Of a stretch of 64,000 nt of DNA, positions 25,077 to 37,621 are shown one piece after another (within the stretch, counting starts at the first letter, position 1; each line of letters opens with the position of its first letter). The translations under genes and the position numbers were made by a program. Source of the DNA: Somniosus microcephalus (Eukaryota); NCBI GenBank assembly GCA_052327205.1, contig CM126202.1, positions 105,338,001-105,402,000 on the forward strand, given 5' to 3'. Under the pieces are notes generated by a model, which was not told the origin of the DNA, did no database searches, and was given only the letters and a program-made list of their open reading frames with translations.

Positions 25077-25243
25077 AACGTTGGCCAGGAAAATACTTGG
25101 GAGGGAGGGTTTGTGTGGGGCCCTCTTCAGCCTATTTTGGATTCCGGCCCTCTTGCCCCGCTTCTGTTTGCGCTCTCTGCGCGGTCTGCGCCGACTTCCG
25201 GCTGGGGAAGGACGCCATGCTGGTCCCGGGGGTCGGGCGATTT

Positions 25244-25520
25244 TTATTTCTTAACTTGTCCCATTACCATCTCCTTTTGCTTTGCATCATCATCCGTTTT
25301 GTCTTTTAATCTCTTCTGCCTTCCATCCTATCATAGACCTTCCCTTTTGTTCTTCCCTCCCCTCTCCCCTTTCCCTGCCCCTGCACTTGCTTAAAATCTG
25401 TTACATCTCTAACTTTTTCCAGTTCTGACAAAAGTTCATCGACCTGAAACGTTAATTCTGTTTCTCTCTCCACAGATGCTGCCTGACCTGAGTATTTCCA
25501 GCATTTTCTGTTTTTATTTT
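25244..25520 (+). mobile_element. 3' terminal repeat region of the Penelope element, with a degenerate hammerhead motif
   Basis: Pyrimidine-rich segment continuing from 21073. Contains CTGACAA..TCATCGACCTGAAACG and TCTCTCCACAGATGCTGCCTGACCTG..CCAGCATTTTCTG. Confidence 0.8.
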
Positions 25521-25679
25521 AAACCAAATCATTACCCTGGACAGTTTATACTTTGCATTTAGCAGTTTTCCATTGTTGAAGGTACTGACTCTTGCCAAGG
25601 ACAGTCCCAAGGTGCCATCTGCCTTCCAGTACCGCAATTGAAGGCCATTATTAACGTGTGCTCCACAGACAGTGAGTGC

Positions 25680-25945
25680 TCACTTTTCGATTTATGGGGG
25701 AGGGGGATGCCACAGCTGAGCCTATGCTCATCTGACATCGACATGCACACTTTCCAGCGAGCATCACTTGATGGTGATCAGGAAGTGAAGGGATAGTTGA
25801 TATTTCCTCTCCTTAGCCCAGGATCACTAAGGCCCATGTTGTAACACCTCTACCAATGCAGTGGCTGAGATCAGATACTTAGCACAAACCTTGGTATTGA
25901 ACTTGGGTCCTTCCTGGTCAGTTCCATACCACACTGTAATTTTAT
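25680..25945 (-). mobile_element. LF-SINE-like SINE
   Basis: GCACACTTTCCAGC and GGCTGAGATCAG..CTTAGCACA are reverse complements of family motifs. Confidence 0.55.
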
Positions 25946-27039
25946 CTTCTGAGTAAACATGACTCTCCATCTGTGTTGTTAATATGTTTTAATATGGCTC
26001 CCTGTGTGTCTAAGGTTAAAATACACACAATTTTTTCCATGCTCCACAAACATGCAAAAGGAATTAAAACTGGATCTGCAAGGATCTAACTGGTTTGCAG
26101 TTAGCCATTTTCAGTGGCCGTGACCATGTTGCCTGCATCCACCACCAATCCAAGGGTTTCTTGCAGCATCTAATTTTGTTCTTATAATCCAAAGGATTTT
26201 GCTATTCATTGTGAGCACAATGAATCCACAAAGGTATCCTCACCACTCGGGAGACCCCAATCAGATACTGAGTTAGCTGCAGTTTCAATGGAGATGCCAC
26301 CAGTAACTCTAAGGATGATCCAGCATCCATGTAGAATGTCGTAGCAGTGTCCTTGAGGAAAGAGTCTTGTCACTTGTACATGAGGATGTTGCCAGCTGTA
26401 TCCTTTAAGATTATTGCAAGGTTTGTCCTTGAGTACCTGACCCAAAATAGCGGTTTGTCTGCAGGAACACATAAAAGAAACAAAGCAATTTAGAGGCCAA
26501 TAATGTGCTGCTTGACATCGATGGTGCTGCTATGATGTAATAATGGTCACTGAGGCCTGCTGTATGCCCATTGTGCATAACACAGGATAACGTGGGAGGG
26601 AAGTGCCTTTGATACTGAAAGCCTGTACACCAGATGTGCCTTAGCTTATTAAGGCCTCCAAAAAATTGTTAATGAGGTGCTTGTGCCACATGCGGGTCTC
26701 GGTACCTGAGCAGCCTTGCTGAAGTTCAGAGCCCATATGAAATTGGTGCTGGATGGTTGGCCGTAAATTAAGAGGGGGAAGGGTTGGTAGTTGCTACCAA
26801 CTCAGCAATTTAATTGTTCATTTCATAGTGTCTTTCGGTTTCATTATTCACAACTTCTTAAAGCTGCACATCTACCATCATCTGTTTGTGTTAGCTGAGG
26901 AAACTATAATTGAGCTCCACCTAAGCAGGACCAATGGGTACTCCCTAGCCCACCGCTTTATCTGCTGGAAGTTCTGGATGGACAAGATCAGAGGATGCCT
27001 AGGTATCCAAGATGATTGCAACCTGATGGGGCTTACATA

Positions 27040-27140
27040 ACCGTGTCCTACATTACAACAGTGACTACACTTCAAAAAGTACTTCTTTGGCTGTAAAGTG
27101 TGTTGTGAAAGCTGCTATATAAATGCAAGTCTTTCTTTCA
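27040..27140 (+). mobile_element. Deu-SINE 3' tail fragment
   Basis: CCTACATTACAACAGTGACTACACTTCAAAAAGTAC..GCTATATAAATGCAAGTCTTTCTTT. Confidence 0.75.
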
Positions 27141-29387
27141 TTGCCATGAAGCAGGTAGAAAAGTAAAGGACCATGGCCATCAGCAACCTTGTGTGAGTCT
27201 GTGAATATGCACCATGCAGGTACCTTGTGCTGGATGAGTGCTTGGCAATTGCTCTGTGGCCCATGAAATGTGGCAAAGAACAAACGCATTGACAAGGCAT
27301 GGGGTTTCCCTCTTGGACCAGCATGGTGCCAATCTGAGACCCACCGCTTCAGTGGGGTGGCTGCCTCTGTTGCACCACTATCTGCCCCAAATATTCAAAT
27401 GACCCTGTCCCTGGGATTTGGCATCAGCTGGTCACAGCAGTGGCTAGAAGTTCCACCTGCTGTATATCTCCCAGCTCCACCGGTTCTGTGTGTTTAGTAA
27501 AGCAGTACTGGAATTTGTGTAGTTCTGACATGATTCACAGATGTTACTAGTAGTAGATTTCTAAATTTTATGCAGATTGGATTTGAGCACCTCGACACCT
27601 CGGATACATCCGATATTCCTCATTACAGTGCCAACACTGCTTTAAACTTCAGTTTGTAAAAGCAGAAAGTCAATTTATGGAAGTTTTATTGCAAGTTTCC
27701 ATAAACCCAACACCTTTCATGGATTAATGTTTGTTCAGTATTGTGTACAGATAAGGGATCTCATTTAAGCAGATCACTATTTCCCACAGCTGTTCTCAAA
27801 TATTCCCTTCCTTTTTTCCTTGGATCACAGAATAATTGTATTTCAAGAAAGCAAAGTGTCTTAACTGACACTATCAAAATGATCAAACTAATTCAGAAAG
27901 AGATTTTTGTAAGTAATATTCCAATTCATGAACTTACTGTTGAAATTGATTTTTTAAAATTTTACACTCTTGATGCTCTGCTTTTTTTCTTTCCTGTTAC
28001 CCCATCCCCTGTACGTAAATGCTGGTCATATACCTTTTTTTCAGCTTTCTACTGCTACGGACTGGTAACTACATACCTAGTGGGTGTGTAGAAGTGAGCC
28101 ATTGTTCTTCTCTTTGTGTGGGAAAAACATTCTGTATTGTTCTCCACTTCACTCCATGGCCATGTTGAAATCAGCCTTGTGAGGAACTGTCAACATAATC
28201 CTGTGTGCCAGAAAGGTGTGACATAACCACATTATACATACTAACAGGTTGAGGCACCAGAAATGTTTTGTACCTTCTGCGCTTGTACTTTTTGCCCTGA
28301 ACATGCACTAGTTTTTCATAGTTTGTTCAAAAAAATACTGAAGATCAGTGTGATTAAAGTATTCTTCTTGTGAGCTTTCTCGGTTTACAATTTGTATTCT
28401 ATTAAATTGGGAACAATAATTAGAGCCCTGCAATTTTTTCATAGTCTAGCTTAAAAACAATGACTATTCTCCATATTCTGCTGATTATGAAACAGTCAGA
28501 TCCATTACACAGCCATTTACAAATCACACTGTATTCAGTTAGAGACTTCCATTTATTTTAGCATAATTCTAAATGTCTGGCCTGGAGATGAATCCCTGGC
28601 ACCAGCTCCACACCAAAATAACAGCATGAAACCAAGTGTTCTTAATAGAAAACATTGAGTGAATGCAATTAGATCAAATTCCTTTTGAAGTTCAAAGTTG
28701 TGGTGAAAAAACTACATAAATGCAAATTAACAGGAAGTTCAGTTGATAGCCTGCTGAGTGTTATGTGACATTTGGTAATTCTCATGCTCCTTTTCATTTT
28801 GAATATGCTTTAAATTTGCTCAATGTAGCGGTACTGCAGTGCGCTTTTTTCCCCTCTGTGTTTAAGGTTGTTTACAGGCAGCTGGTTGAACAAGATATGT
28901 GGGTGTAAGCTATTTTTCGTGCTGAAGAGTAAGGGTATAAGTTTTTTTGAAAAAACAACCAGTGAATATTCAAGTGCAAATCATATCCATCTTTAACCCT
29001 TAACTTCTTGAATAAGAATCCATATAGTTCATGTAGGAAGATGGTGGGACTTAGACTATAAAGATTGTGAGTATGAAAAATCTTGTCCCTGAATTTCCTC
29101 AATGTCAGTTACGCTGTTGCACTGGAAAGTTACCCCATTCACCAGCAGCGTGAGTTACACACAAGTTTCCTGGGATAAGTTACTTTAAATATTTTGGATG
29201 CAGCTCTGGTGTAATTTCAGTATAGAAACTGTGTAAGTTGCTGCGATACACACACGCGCGCATACACACCCATCCACCCCCAGGAAACTTGCGTGCAACA
29301 ATGACGTAACTCTTTACAAGTACTCTGCAGATCCCTGGCAGCAGCAGAACACTATCCACCAGCAAGGTTAGCAGCCGACAATTGGTT

Positions 29388-29912
29388 ACATAGAATTTAC
29401 AACACAGAAACAGGCCATTCGGCCCAACTGGTCTATGCTGGTATTTATGCTCCACACTAGCCTCCTCCCATCTTAATTCATCTAACCCTATCAGCATATC
29501 CTTGTATTCTTTTCTCTTGCACATGTACATATGCAGCTTCCACTTCAATGCATCTATGCTATTCGCCTCAACTGCTCCCATATGGTAGCAAAGTCCACAT
29601 TCTAACCACTCTCTGGGTAAAGAAGTTTTTCCTGAATTTCTTATTGGATTTATTAGTGACTATCTTATTTATGACCTCTAGTTTTGGACTCCCCATAAGT
29701 GGAACGATCTCCTCTATGTCTACCCTATCAAACCTCTTCATAATTTTAGAGACCTCTATAAGGTCGCCCCTCAGCCTTCCCTTTTCTAGAGAAAAGAGCC
29801 CCAGCCTGTTCAGCCTTTCCTGATAGGTATAAACTCTCAGTTCTGGTATCACCCTTGTAAATCTTCTTTGCACCTTCTCCAGTGCCTCTATATACTTTTT
29901 GTTATATGGAGG
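29388..29912 (-). mobile_element. CR1 3' fragment
   Basis: LEKVQRRFTR..LGLFSLEKGRLRGDLIEV..KNFFTQRVV. Confidence 0.9.
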
Positions 29913-30399
29913 CCAAATCACTTGACAGCATCTTTCACCCACACAATCAGTCCAGATTGGCACCATCATTCTCAAGTAGGTGCCCATTAGGCACCACGCC
30001 AGGGCAGCAGGCAGAAGCAGCCCAATAGCTTCTCTGCTGAAGACCTCCGAGCCATCCTACAAGAAGTACAAGACAGGAGCCTCACATTCCTGGGTCTTCC
30101 TTTCATTAAGCCAGACACCAACATCAGTCGTGCTGTGTGTAGGGAGCTGGCACTGCCACTGACTCCCAACCCCCTCACACCCAGGACTGATCAACAGTGC
30201 AGAAAAAAAGTGAAGGGAATCTCTGGAGTGAATTCCTGGCAAGGTTTTGCTAGACCAAAGCAATTTGCTTTGGTGTCCTCTGATAAGGTGCATAGAAGAA
30301 GGTAGGGCTGAGGTGCTGCCACTGCAGTCAATCAGTCAAATAAGAAGTCCTGCAGAATCTGCCCTCTGATGCCCTTTGCAGCTGCGAGTGAAAACACTG

Positions 30400-30890
30400 C
30401 TTGTTTTGGATCACAGATGAGCTGGACTTCCTGGGAATGAGCCCCTTCCTATTCACATGTCAGCAGCTGCTTAGTTGGCACCTTCAGTGCCACGCACTTA
30501 CCATTATGCCACCCTGAGGAATCCAGTTAGCCTGTAGAAGTCCCTGGCTCAGTGCCCCTCTCTTGTCTGGAGTGATGCTGAAGTGGATGAATTTGGCTGC
30601 TCTATAAAAGAGGGTGTCCCATCACCTGCTGGATGACCGATCCCCTGTAGCAGCCTGGAAGGACCTGGCGCCATAAAAGTTGAGCTGTTGACCCTTTAAT
30701 TGCTACAGACGGAGCAGTCGTGGCAGTGAAGTGAGTCTGCAAATCTGATGACGTTGGCAGAGATGCCTGATGGCATCGTTGGAGTGGCACCGCTGTCGGA
30801 TGTACAGCTCCTCAAACGAGGTCCTCATAGGAGGGGTGGGGCCTGTACACATGCTGGAGAGGGTAGTACCTGGTACACTTGTGTCCTCTG
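30400..30890 (-). pseudogene. Decayed PIF/Harbinger (HARBI1-like) transposase, N-terminal half
   Basis: Across frames: YYPLQHVYRPHPSYEDL, DAIRHLCQ, DLQ..TTAPSVAIK, LNFYGARSFQAATGD, KFIHF, VALK, VNRKG.HS..VQLICD. Confidence 0.75.
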
Positions 30891-31953
30891 CTATGCTGCC
30901 TGATTCTCCTGGCCTCGACACGCTACTGCTGCAACTCTTCCTGCATTAGGATGGCACAGAGTGGTCTGCCCATGTGGAAAGTCATTCCTTGTCCAAAGAC
31001 TATCTGAGGGTGAGTTTGGGGGTGGGGAAGTCAGGGGTCCCCCAAAAAATTCTGGGAAGAGAGGAAAGCACTCCAGTAAAATGCAGCTGTTAGGGATTTT
31101 AAAATGTGATGGAAGGGGGTTAAAAAAAGTTTTCTTGGAAGTCTGTAATCTCTAAGTGAAGTTGGTGCCCGCTTCCATTCACCAAAACCTCAATTACGCT
31201 TGTCTGAAGTGCTATGGGTGCTGTTGAACTGTTTTTGTCTTGGATGTAAAGTTACTCTGAATGCAGGAGTGTTGTAACCCCAGAAAACTCCCATGTACTT
31301 GTGCTGCTAGGCAAATGGGCCCTGGGGGCTTTGATAGGCATAAGACTTTCACTGTTTAAAAAGATGGATCAAATTAGCATGTAGCTCAATAACTGGGCAT
31401 AAGCGACATGACAATGGGGTAAGTGCTGAAGACAATGAGGAAATTCAGGACTATTGTGTTCTCCTTTTCTTGATCTCTCATTCATAGTCAAGCTATAGTC
31501 AACAGGATAGATTACTATAGGTTATCTGTCCAATTTTAGGACTCTGTACCTGCTGTTCAGTAGGAGGCTCCTGGGAAATAGCACTGCAGACGAGTACTGA
31601 ATCTACCTTGCTGGCTTTCTATAAATGCAAATCTTTCTTTCTTTTAAGGCAATAGAGTAGCCAAAGTGCAAACAGGTAATATTTTGATGGTTACAAGGGC
31701 TACATTATTAAAAATGTCAGCAATCTTTGTAATCTTGTACAGATTTTTTCCACTCAAGCAGATATAAGCAGTTTGCAGCCCAAGGGAAGCCTGGGTATAA
31801 ATGTCATCAGAGCTGGAATTCCAATCTGTGACTTTGTGTGAATGCATTGTGCCACTGGGCAAACTGTCCATTTTAAGTTCTTGTGCATTCTGAGCCTTAG
31901 GAAAACCTACTATCCAGAACAAAAATTGTATTAAGCTTGGTACCAACACAATT

Positions 31954-32378
31954 AGAAAGAAAGAAAGAACTTGCATTGTTTCTAGCGCCTTTCATGACCT
32001 CAGGACATCCCAAAGTGCTTCACAGCCAATGAAGTACTTTTGAAGTGTAATCACTGTTATGTAGGGAAACATGACCGCCAATTTGTGCACATCAATGTCC
32101 CTCAAACAGCAATTCTATAAATGACCAGATTATTTTGATGTTGTTTGAGTGATAAATTTTGGCCAGGATACCAGGAGAACTCCCCTACTCTTCTTCAAAA
32201 AGTGCCATGGGATCTTTCATGTCCACCTGAGGGTAGACAGAGTCTTAGTTTAGTATCTCATCTGAAAGATTCCTTCAGAGCGGCACTGAAATTTTAGCCT
32301 ATATCATGTACTCAAATCTCTGGAGTGGAGCTTAAACCCGTGACCTTCTGACTCCGAGGCAAGAGTACTATCACTGAG
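31954..32378 (-). mobile_element. Deu-domain SINE
   Basis: (AAAG)n tail and the same body as the copy at 32666-33122. Confidence 0.8.
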
Positions 32379-32665
32379 AAAACGGTGATACTGTATCTGA
32401 AAAATGGAACAAATAGATTGTATTCATATCTGACATGAGGCTACAATTTTATTTATTTATAGTTGGAGTAACACTGCTTTGCTTCAGCTGCTCTTCCCTT
32501 CCCCACTTCTATCTTCCCACTCCCTGCCCTGTTGCAGCTGAGGGGGCAGGCGGCAGGCACCCTACTCGTGGGCTCTCGCAAATGGTGGGGGGGGGGGGGG
32601 TCTGCAAGAGTTGCAGTGGGCAAAAGACTGTTCCTCTAATTTTCCATTTCCTTCCTGCATTTCCT

Positions 32666-33122
32666 GAAAGAAAAGAAAGTCTTGTATATACATCGTCTTT
32701 CACGACCACTGGACGTCCCAAAGCGGTTTACAGCCAGTGAAGTACTTTTTGAAGTGTAGTCACTGTTGTAATGTAGGAAACGCAGCAGCCAGTTTGCGCA
32801 CAGCAAGGTCCCACAAATGGCAATGTGATAATGACCAGATAATCTGTTTTAGTGATGTTGAATGAAGGATAATTTTTGGCTCGGACACCAGGGATAACTC
32901 CCCTGCTCCTCTTCAAAATAGTGCCATAGGATCTTTTACGTCCACCTGCGAGAGCAGACGTGGCCTCGGTTTAACTTCTCATCCGAAAGACGGCACCACC
33001 GACAGTGCAGCACTCCCTCAGCACTGCACTGGAATGTCGGCCTAGGTTTTTGTGCTCCAGTCTCTTGAACCCACAACCTTCTGACTCGGTGACGAGGGTG
33101 CTATCAACTGAGTCAAGGCTGA
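32666..33122 (-). mobile_element. Deu-domain SINE (SacSINE1-like), near full length
   Basis: Tail AAAGAAAAGAAAGTCTTGTATAT, body GTGCCATAGGATCTTTTACGTCCACCTG..CCGAAAGACGGCACC, and a tRNA-like head (reverse complement CTCAGTTG..GGGTTCAAG). Confidence 0.85.
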
Positions 33123-33278
33123 CACTCATTCTGCTTTGTACTCGCCCCAAAATTTTTGGTAAAATTAGTGACTGAAGTAATTTCAAATCCTGGAGATCAG
33201 GATGAACAACTTTAAAAGTTTTTATTTTTTTTAATACTTTCATTATTCCCTATACAACTTTATATATGTCCCCAAATA

Positions 33279-33612
33279 CAGGAAACTTTAGTTTATCCGG
33301 AGGTTAAATGTCCGGAAAGCTCTATCCACCGGCAAAATTCAGGAGTCGGTTCAGATAAGTTTTTTTTCTTTTCGTTGCTTTTTTTTCTCCGGTCAGGCTC
33401 TGCAAGGTCTAGCTGAAGCTGTTGCTTAGCTACAGAGACGCTTGCAAGCTACGGCTGACTGTTTTGAAGCTGTTGCTAAGCAACAGGGTTTGTTGCAAGA
33501 TACAGATCTCAGAAGCTCCGTATGTTTTAACATTAGCGCTGGTTTGTCTGGCAGTTTTGATGGGACGGCAACAGCTCGGTCCCGTCAGTGCCAGATACCA
33601 GAAAGTTTCCTG
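33279..33612. mobile_element. TA-target MITE family A, copy 1
   Basis: TIR CAGGAAACTTT / AAAGTTTCCTG with TA flanks; homologous to 55064-55737 and 58409-58741. Confidence 0.9.
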
Positions 33613-33714
33613 TATAGTGATCAAAATGGCTGCAGACAAAAGCAGAAACTCAATTTGGATCAGGAGAGTTATGTGTGCTGGTCAACATTTATCTCTCAGC
33701 GAACGCCAACAACC

Positions 33715-33882
33715 TAGATTAACTGGTCTTTAATCTCATTGCAGTTTGTGAGATCTTGCTGCATGCAAATTGACTGCCACATTAGCCTACATTATAACGA
33801 TGACCACACTTCAAAATAATTCAGTGGCCATGGGATATTATTGAGAATATGAAAGCTGCTATATAAATGCAAGTTCTTCCTT
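33715..33882 (+). mobile_element. Deu-SINE 3' part
   Basis: GCCTACATTATAAC..ACACTTCAAAA..GCTATATAAATGCAAG. Confidence 0.6.
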
Positions 33883-34448
33883 TTATTAAGCCATACAAGT
33901 CAGCAGGTGGAAATAGTTATGTTTTTCCCACACAATAACCCTTCCCTTAGCATCTAAGTATAATTTAGAATGCATGTTTTGGATAAGGCTTTGATCTAAA
34001 ATTGCATTTTGCTGATTATGCTGCCTTGAAGATTATGCTTTTATATTAAAAAAAAAATATGGTTGTAGCATGTAATTGTGAGTTCTTTGCATTAAAGTAA
34101 CTGCCTGGCAGTTAGTGCACTTCTCTAGGTGTGTAAACTGAGCTGGTACAGCAGTGTTTTACCAGGAGGCAGTCAGCAATAGGCAGTGGCTTCTAGTCTG
34201 TTTTTAAAAAAAAAAAAAAAAAAAAATTGTTCTGGAAAGCTTGAGAGATCACAAAAATGTTCTTTTATGAAAAGCAATTTACCAACTTTTGGCTCCACTG
34301 GGGTTTTAAGCCTGAAGTACTGTGCAGTCAGATTGCTGCATCATCGAGGTGTCGACCACACGTCTTTGTTGGGCAGCAAACATTTGGATGTGCCTCTGCA
34401 ATTTCAAACACACTGATTTCTGTTATACCAACAACATATCATGTTGCC

Positions 34449-35914
34449 ATGGTGTGGAGATGCCGGAGTTGGACTGGGGTGGACAAATGTAAGAAGTCAC
34501 ACAACACAACAAGGGACAAAATTAGTCTCCACTTGGAGAGGCAAGGATTAATCGGGGATAGTCAGCATGGCTTTGTCAAGGGTAAATCATGTCTGACAAA
34601 TCTGATTGAATTTTTCGAGGGGGTGACTAGGGGGGTGGATGAGGGAAATGCTGTGGATGTGGTTTACATGGACTTCAGTAAAGCTTTTGACAAAGTCCCG
34701 CATAGGAGACTGGTCAAGAAGGTAAGAGCCCATGGGATCCAGGGTGCCTTGGCGCGTTGGATCCTAAACTGGCTGAGTGGCAGGAGGCAGAGGGTGATGG
34801 TCGAAGGTTGCTTTTGTGACTGGAAGCCTGTGTCCAGTGGGGTACCTCAGGGATCGGTGCTGGGTCCCTTGTTGTTTGTGATCTACATAAATGATTTGGA
34901 TGAGAATGTAAAAGGTATGATCAGTAAGTTCGCAGATGACACGAAAATTGGTGGGGTGGTAAATTGCGAGGAGGAAAGCCTCAGGCTACAGGACGATATA
35001 AATGGGTTGGTCAGATGGGCGGAAAAGTGGCAAATGGAATTTAACCCTGAAAAGTGCGAGGTGATGCATTTTGGACGGACAAATAAGGCAAGGGAATACA
35101 CAATGAGTGGTAGGACCCTAGGAAGTACAGAGGGTCAGAGGGACCTTGGTGTACATGTACATAGATCCCTGAAGGCAGCGGAACAGGTAGATAAGGTGGT
35201 TAAAAAGGCATATGGGATACTTGCCTTCATTAGCTGAGGCATAGAATATAAGAGCAGGGAGGTTATGATGGAGCTGTACAAAACGCTGGTGAGGCCACAG
35301 CTGGAGTACTGTGTGCAGTTCTGGTCACCTCACTATAGGAAGGATGTGATTGCTTTGGAGAGGGTGCAGAGAAGATTCACCAGGATGTTACCTGGGATGG
35401 AGCGCCTCAGCTATGAAGAAAGACTAAACAGGCTGGGGTTGTTTTCCTTGGAGCAAAGAAGGCTGAGGGGGGACCTGATTGAGGTGTACAAAATGATGAG
35501 GGGCATAGATAGGGTAGACAAAGAGGAACTTTTCCCCTTAGTAGGGGGGTCAATAACAAGGGGGCATAGATTCAGGGTAAGGGGCAGGAGATTTAGAGGG
35601 GATTTGAGGAGGAACTTTTTCACCCAGAGGGTGGTTGGAATGTGGAACTCAATGCCTAAAAGGGTGGTAGAGGCAGGAACCCTCACAACATTCAAGAAGC
35701 ATTTGGATGAGCACTTGAAATGCCATTGCATACAAGGCTATGGACCAAATGCTGGAAAATGGGATTAGACTGGACAGGGATGGAGGAGCGGCGCAGACAC
35801 GATGGGTCGAAGGGCCTCTTTCTGTGCTGTAAAACTCTATGACTCTATGACCAGGTTATAGTCCAACAGCTTAAAGCTGTTGGACTATAACCTGGTGTTG
35901 TGTGACTTCTTACA
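34449..35914. repeat. Short palindromic (probably Penelope-derived) element split by a CR1 insertion
   Basis: Left arm TGTAAGAAGTCACACAACAC at 34488-34507 continues at about 35851 as CAGGTTATAGTCCAACAGCTT-A-AAGCTGTTGGACTATAACCTGGTGTTGTGTGACTTCTTACA. Confidence 0.8.
34510..35849 (+). mobile_element. 5'-truncated CR1 (RT domain to 3' tail), one in-frame stop at 35235
   Basis: QHGFVKGKSCLTNL, YMDFSKAFD, GVPQGSVLGP, KFADD, RPQLEYC; tail CTCTATGACTCTATG. Confidence 0.95.
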
Positions 35915-36414
35915 TATATCATGTTGTGACCTCCCTGGTTGATTAGAATTTGTCGCTAAAAGTACTGTGTTTCTTTTAATATGAGTGATACAGTGGCTGT
36001 AGCTGGATGGAAGCAGTTTATACCTCTCCTAGATTTCTGAACTTAACAAGAATTATGTGGTTGTCTGATAGTGTTCTTTCCAGCGTTATCTTCTACATCA
36101 TCAAAAGGTATATTGTTAGAATAAGGTGCTTAGAAATAGAAAGCTACTTATCCATTTTGATGCTGCTCTGGTCATTTACTGTTCTTGGTAGGAACCTTGA
36201 AGTTTGCATAAAATCCACATTTCAGACACCTGCTTCTCAGCGTGCTGTTTATCTGAAGAGTGCATATCAGATTTGTGCTACAGTCATCGTGCATTGCTTA
36301 TCTTTTTGAAGAGCCCTGCATGATAACTACAAGTGATTCTAGTGCTGCCGCACAGGGCTCTGAGCAGTTTGAATAGGATTGTGACCCCTAGTATGGCAAT
36401 GATGCCAGAAGAGT

Positions 36415-37490
36415 TTCCCTGATAGCTCAGTTGGTAAGTCAGTTGTTTCGGGTAGAACAGCAGATGTGCAGATCAGGACAGCCCCAGGTTCGAACCCTGG
36501 ATTGTACTGAGTTAGCTGATCTGAACTGGGATGGTTGTAGTGTGCTATAGTTGGCCTTAAAAGGAAAATAAATCAGCCGGTGTACCCACTCCTGGTGACG
36601 ATCCAGCGATTCCTACTGGAAAGTGCACTGCGAGGATTTTGTGGTAGAAATAACAGTGAGGCTATCGGCGCTCACTGTTACTGTGGAATAAATCAGACAG
36701 CAACTTCATGTCCGTACATGTGCAGTTAAACGCGGAAATCAGGAAGTTGCGGTCCGATTTGCCCTGCTCTTCCACAAGCTTTGCTGCACCGGTGCCTCAA
36801 TGAGAAATTCGGCATTAAAACACACGAAGGGCGTGAGATTGCGGTACTTACCCACTAGTTACCCACTAAACATGACAACAAAAGTTCAGGTTTGTCCATT
36901 CAAGTGTAAGTGAATTTTTAACGCCGTTTTAAGTCTTAATTACTACCAAAAATGTACTTTTACAAGTGTGAAGTCTCATTCCTTCAGAATTTAACTATTG
37001 TTGGAGATTTAAAAGAAAATTAAAATAAAATAAACTTTTTTTTTACTTCTTTCTGTCTCTTTCATCTCTCTCTCTCTCTCTCTCAATCCCATATTTCTTT
37101 CTCTCACTTTATTTATTTTGCTTTCTGTACATGATTTGGCATTGAATTAAATATACTAACTTGCATAGTCTAAACCTGGAAGTGTGTCTCAATAAGAATT
37201 CTTTAGCCTGATTGGTTGAAGAGACATGCTGTTGCTTGCCCTATCTCCCAGATCCCCTTTAGAGGGCGTCTCACTGTATCAGACTCCCGATGACCATGAG
37301 TTGGTGCTCAAACGCCCAGAAAAAGTCTGTGGGGGCAGCTGTAAGCGTACTGCAAAATACAGGCCCAAGTGTTTCGACATTGAGTGAGGACTGGTTCAGG
37401 CTTGGCTATGATGTCCCCCCACAATCAAATATGGTCCAGGCTCACAGTTAAAGAATTGCCACTTAGATGAGGTACCAGAGGGAATTTAAG
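36415..37490 (+). mobile_element. LF-SINE-like SINE interrupted at about 36630-37366 by a non-autonomous DNA element
   Basis: tRNA-like head TAGCTCAGTTGG..GGTTCGAACCC, body GAGTTAGCTGATCT..AATCAGCC..CTGGAAAGTG, resuming near 37367 (GTGAGGAC..GGCTATGATG). Confidence 0.6.
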
Positions 37491-37621
37491 ACAGTTGGCA
37501 AAAGAACTGGGGGGGGAAGATGAGTTTTTTTTTTATGCAGCAAGTTGGTATGAACTGGAACGTACTGCCTGAAAGGGTGGTGGAAGCATATTTGAAAAGG
37601 AAAAAAATTGCAGGGCTATGG
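37490..37621 (+). mobile_element. Decayed CR1 3' fragment
   Basis: F..QQVG..WNVLPERVVEA-like coding remnant. Confidence 0.6.

Larger units (their letters stand above)
21074..25240 (-). mobile_element. Rex1/Babar LINE (APE+RT), frameshifted, nested in the Penelope element
   Basis: [83 protein letters not shown]. Confidence 0.95.

Noticed and set aside
28867-28904. Plus-strand 38-nt exon-like segment
   Set aside because: Splice-like signals only. It has no partner exons or recognisable peptide, and it conflicts with the minus-strand candidates.
34257-34510. Novel N-terminal extension on the CR1 RT ORF
   Set aside because: Chance in-frame flanking DNA upstream of a 5'-truncated insertion.
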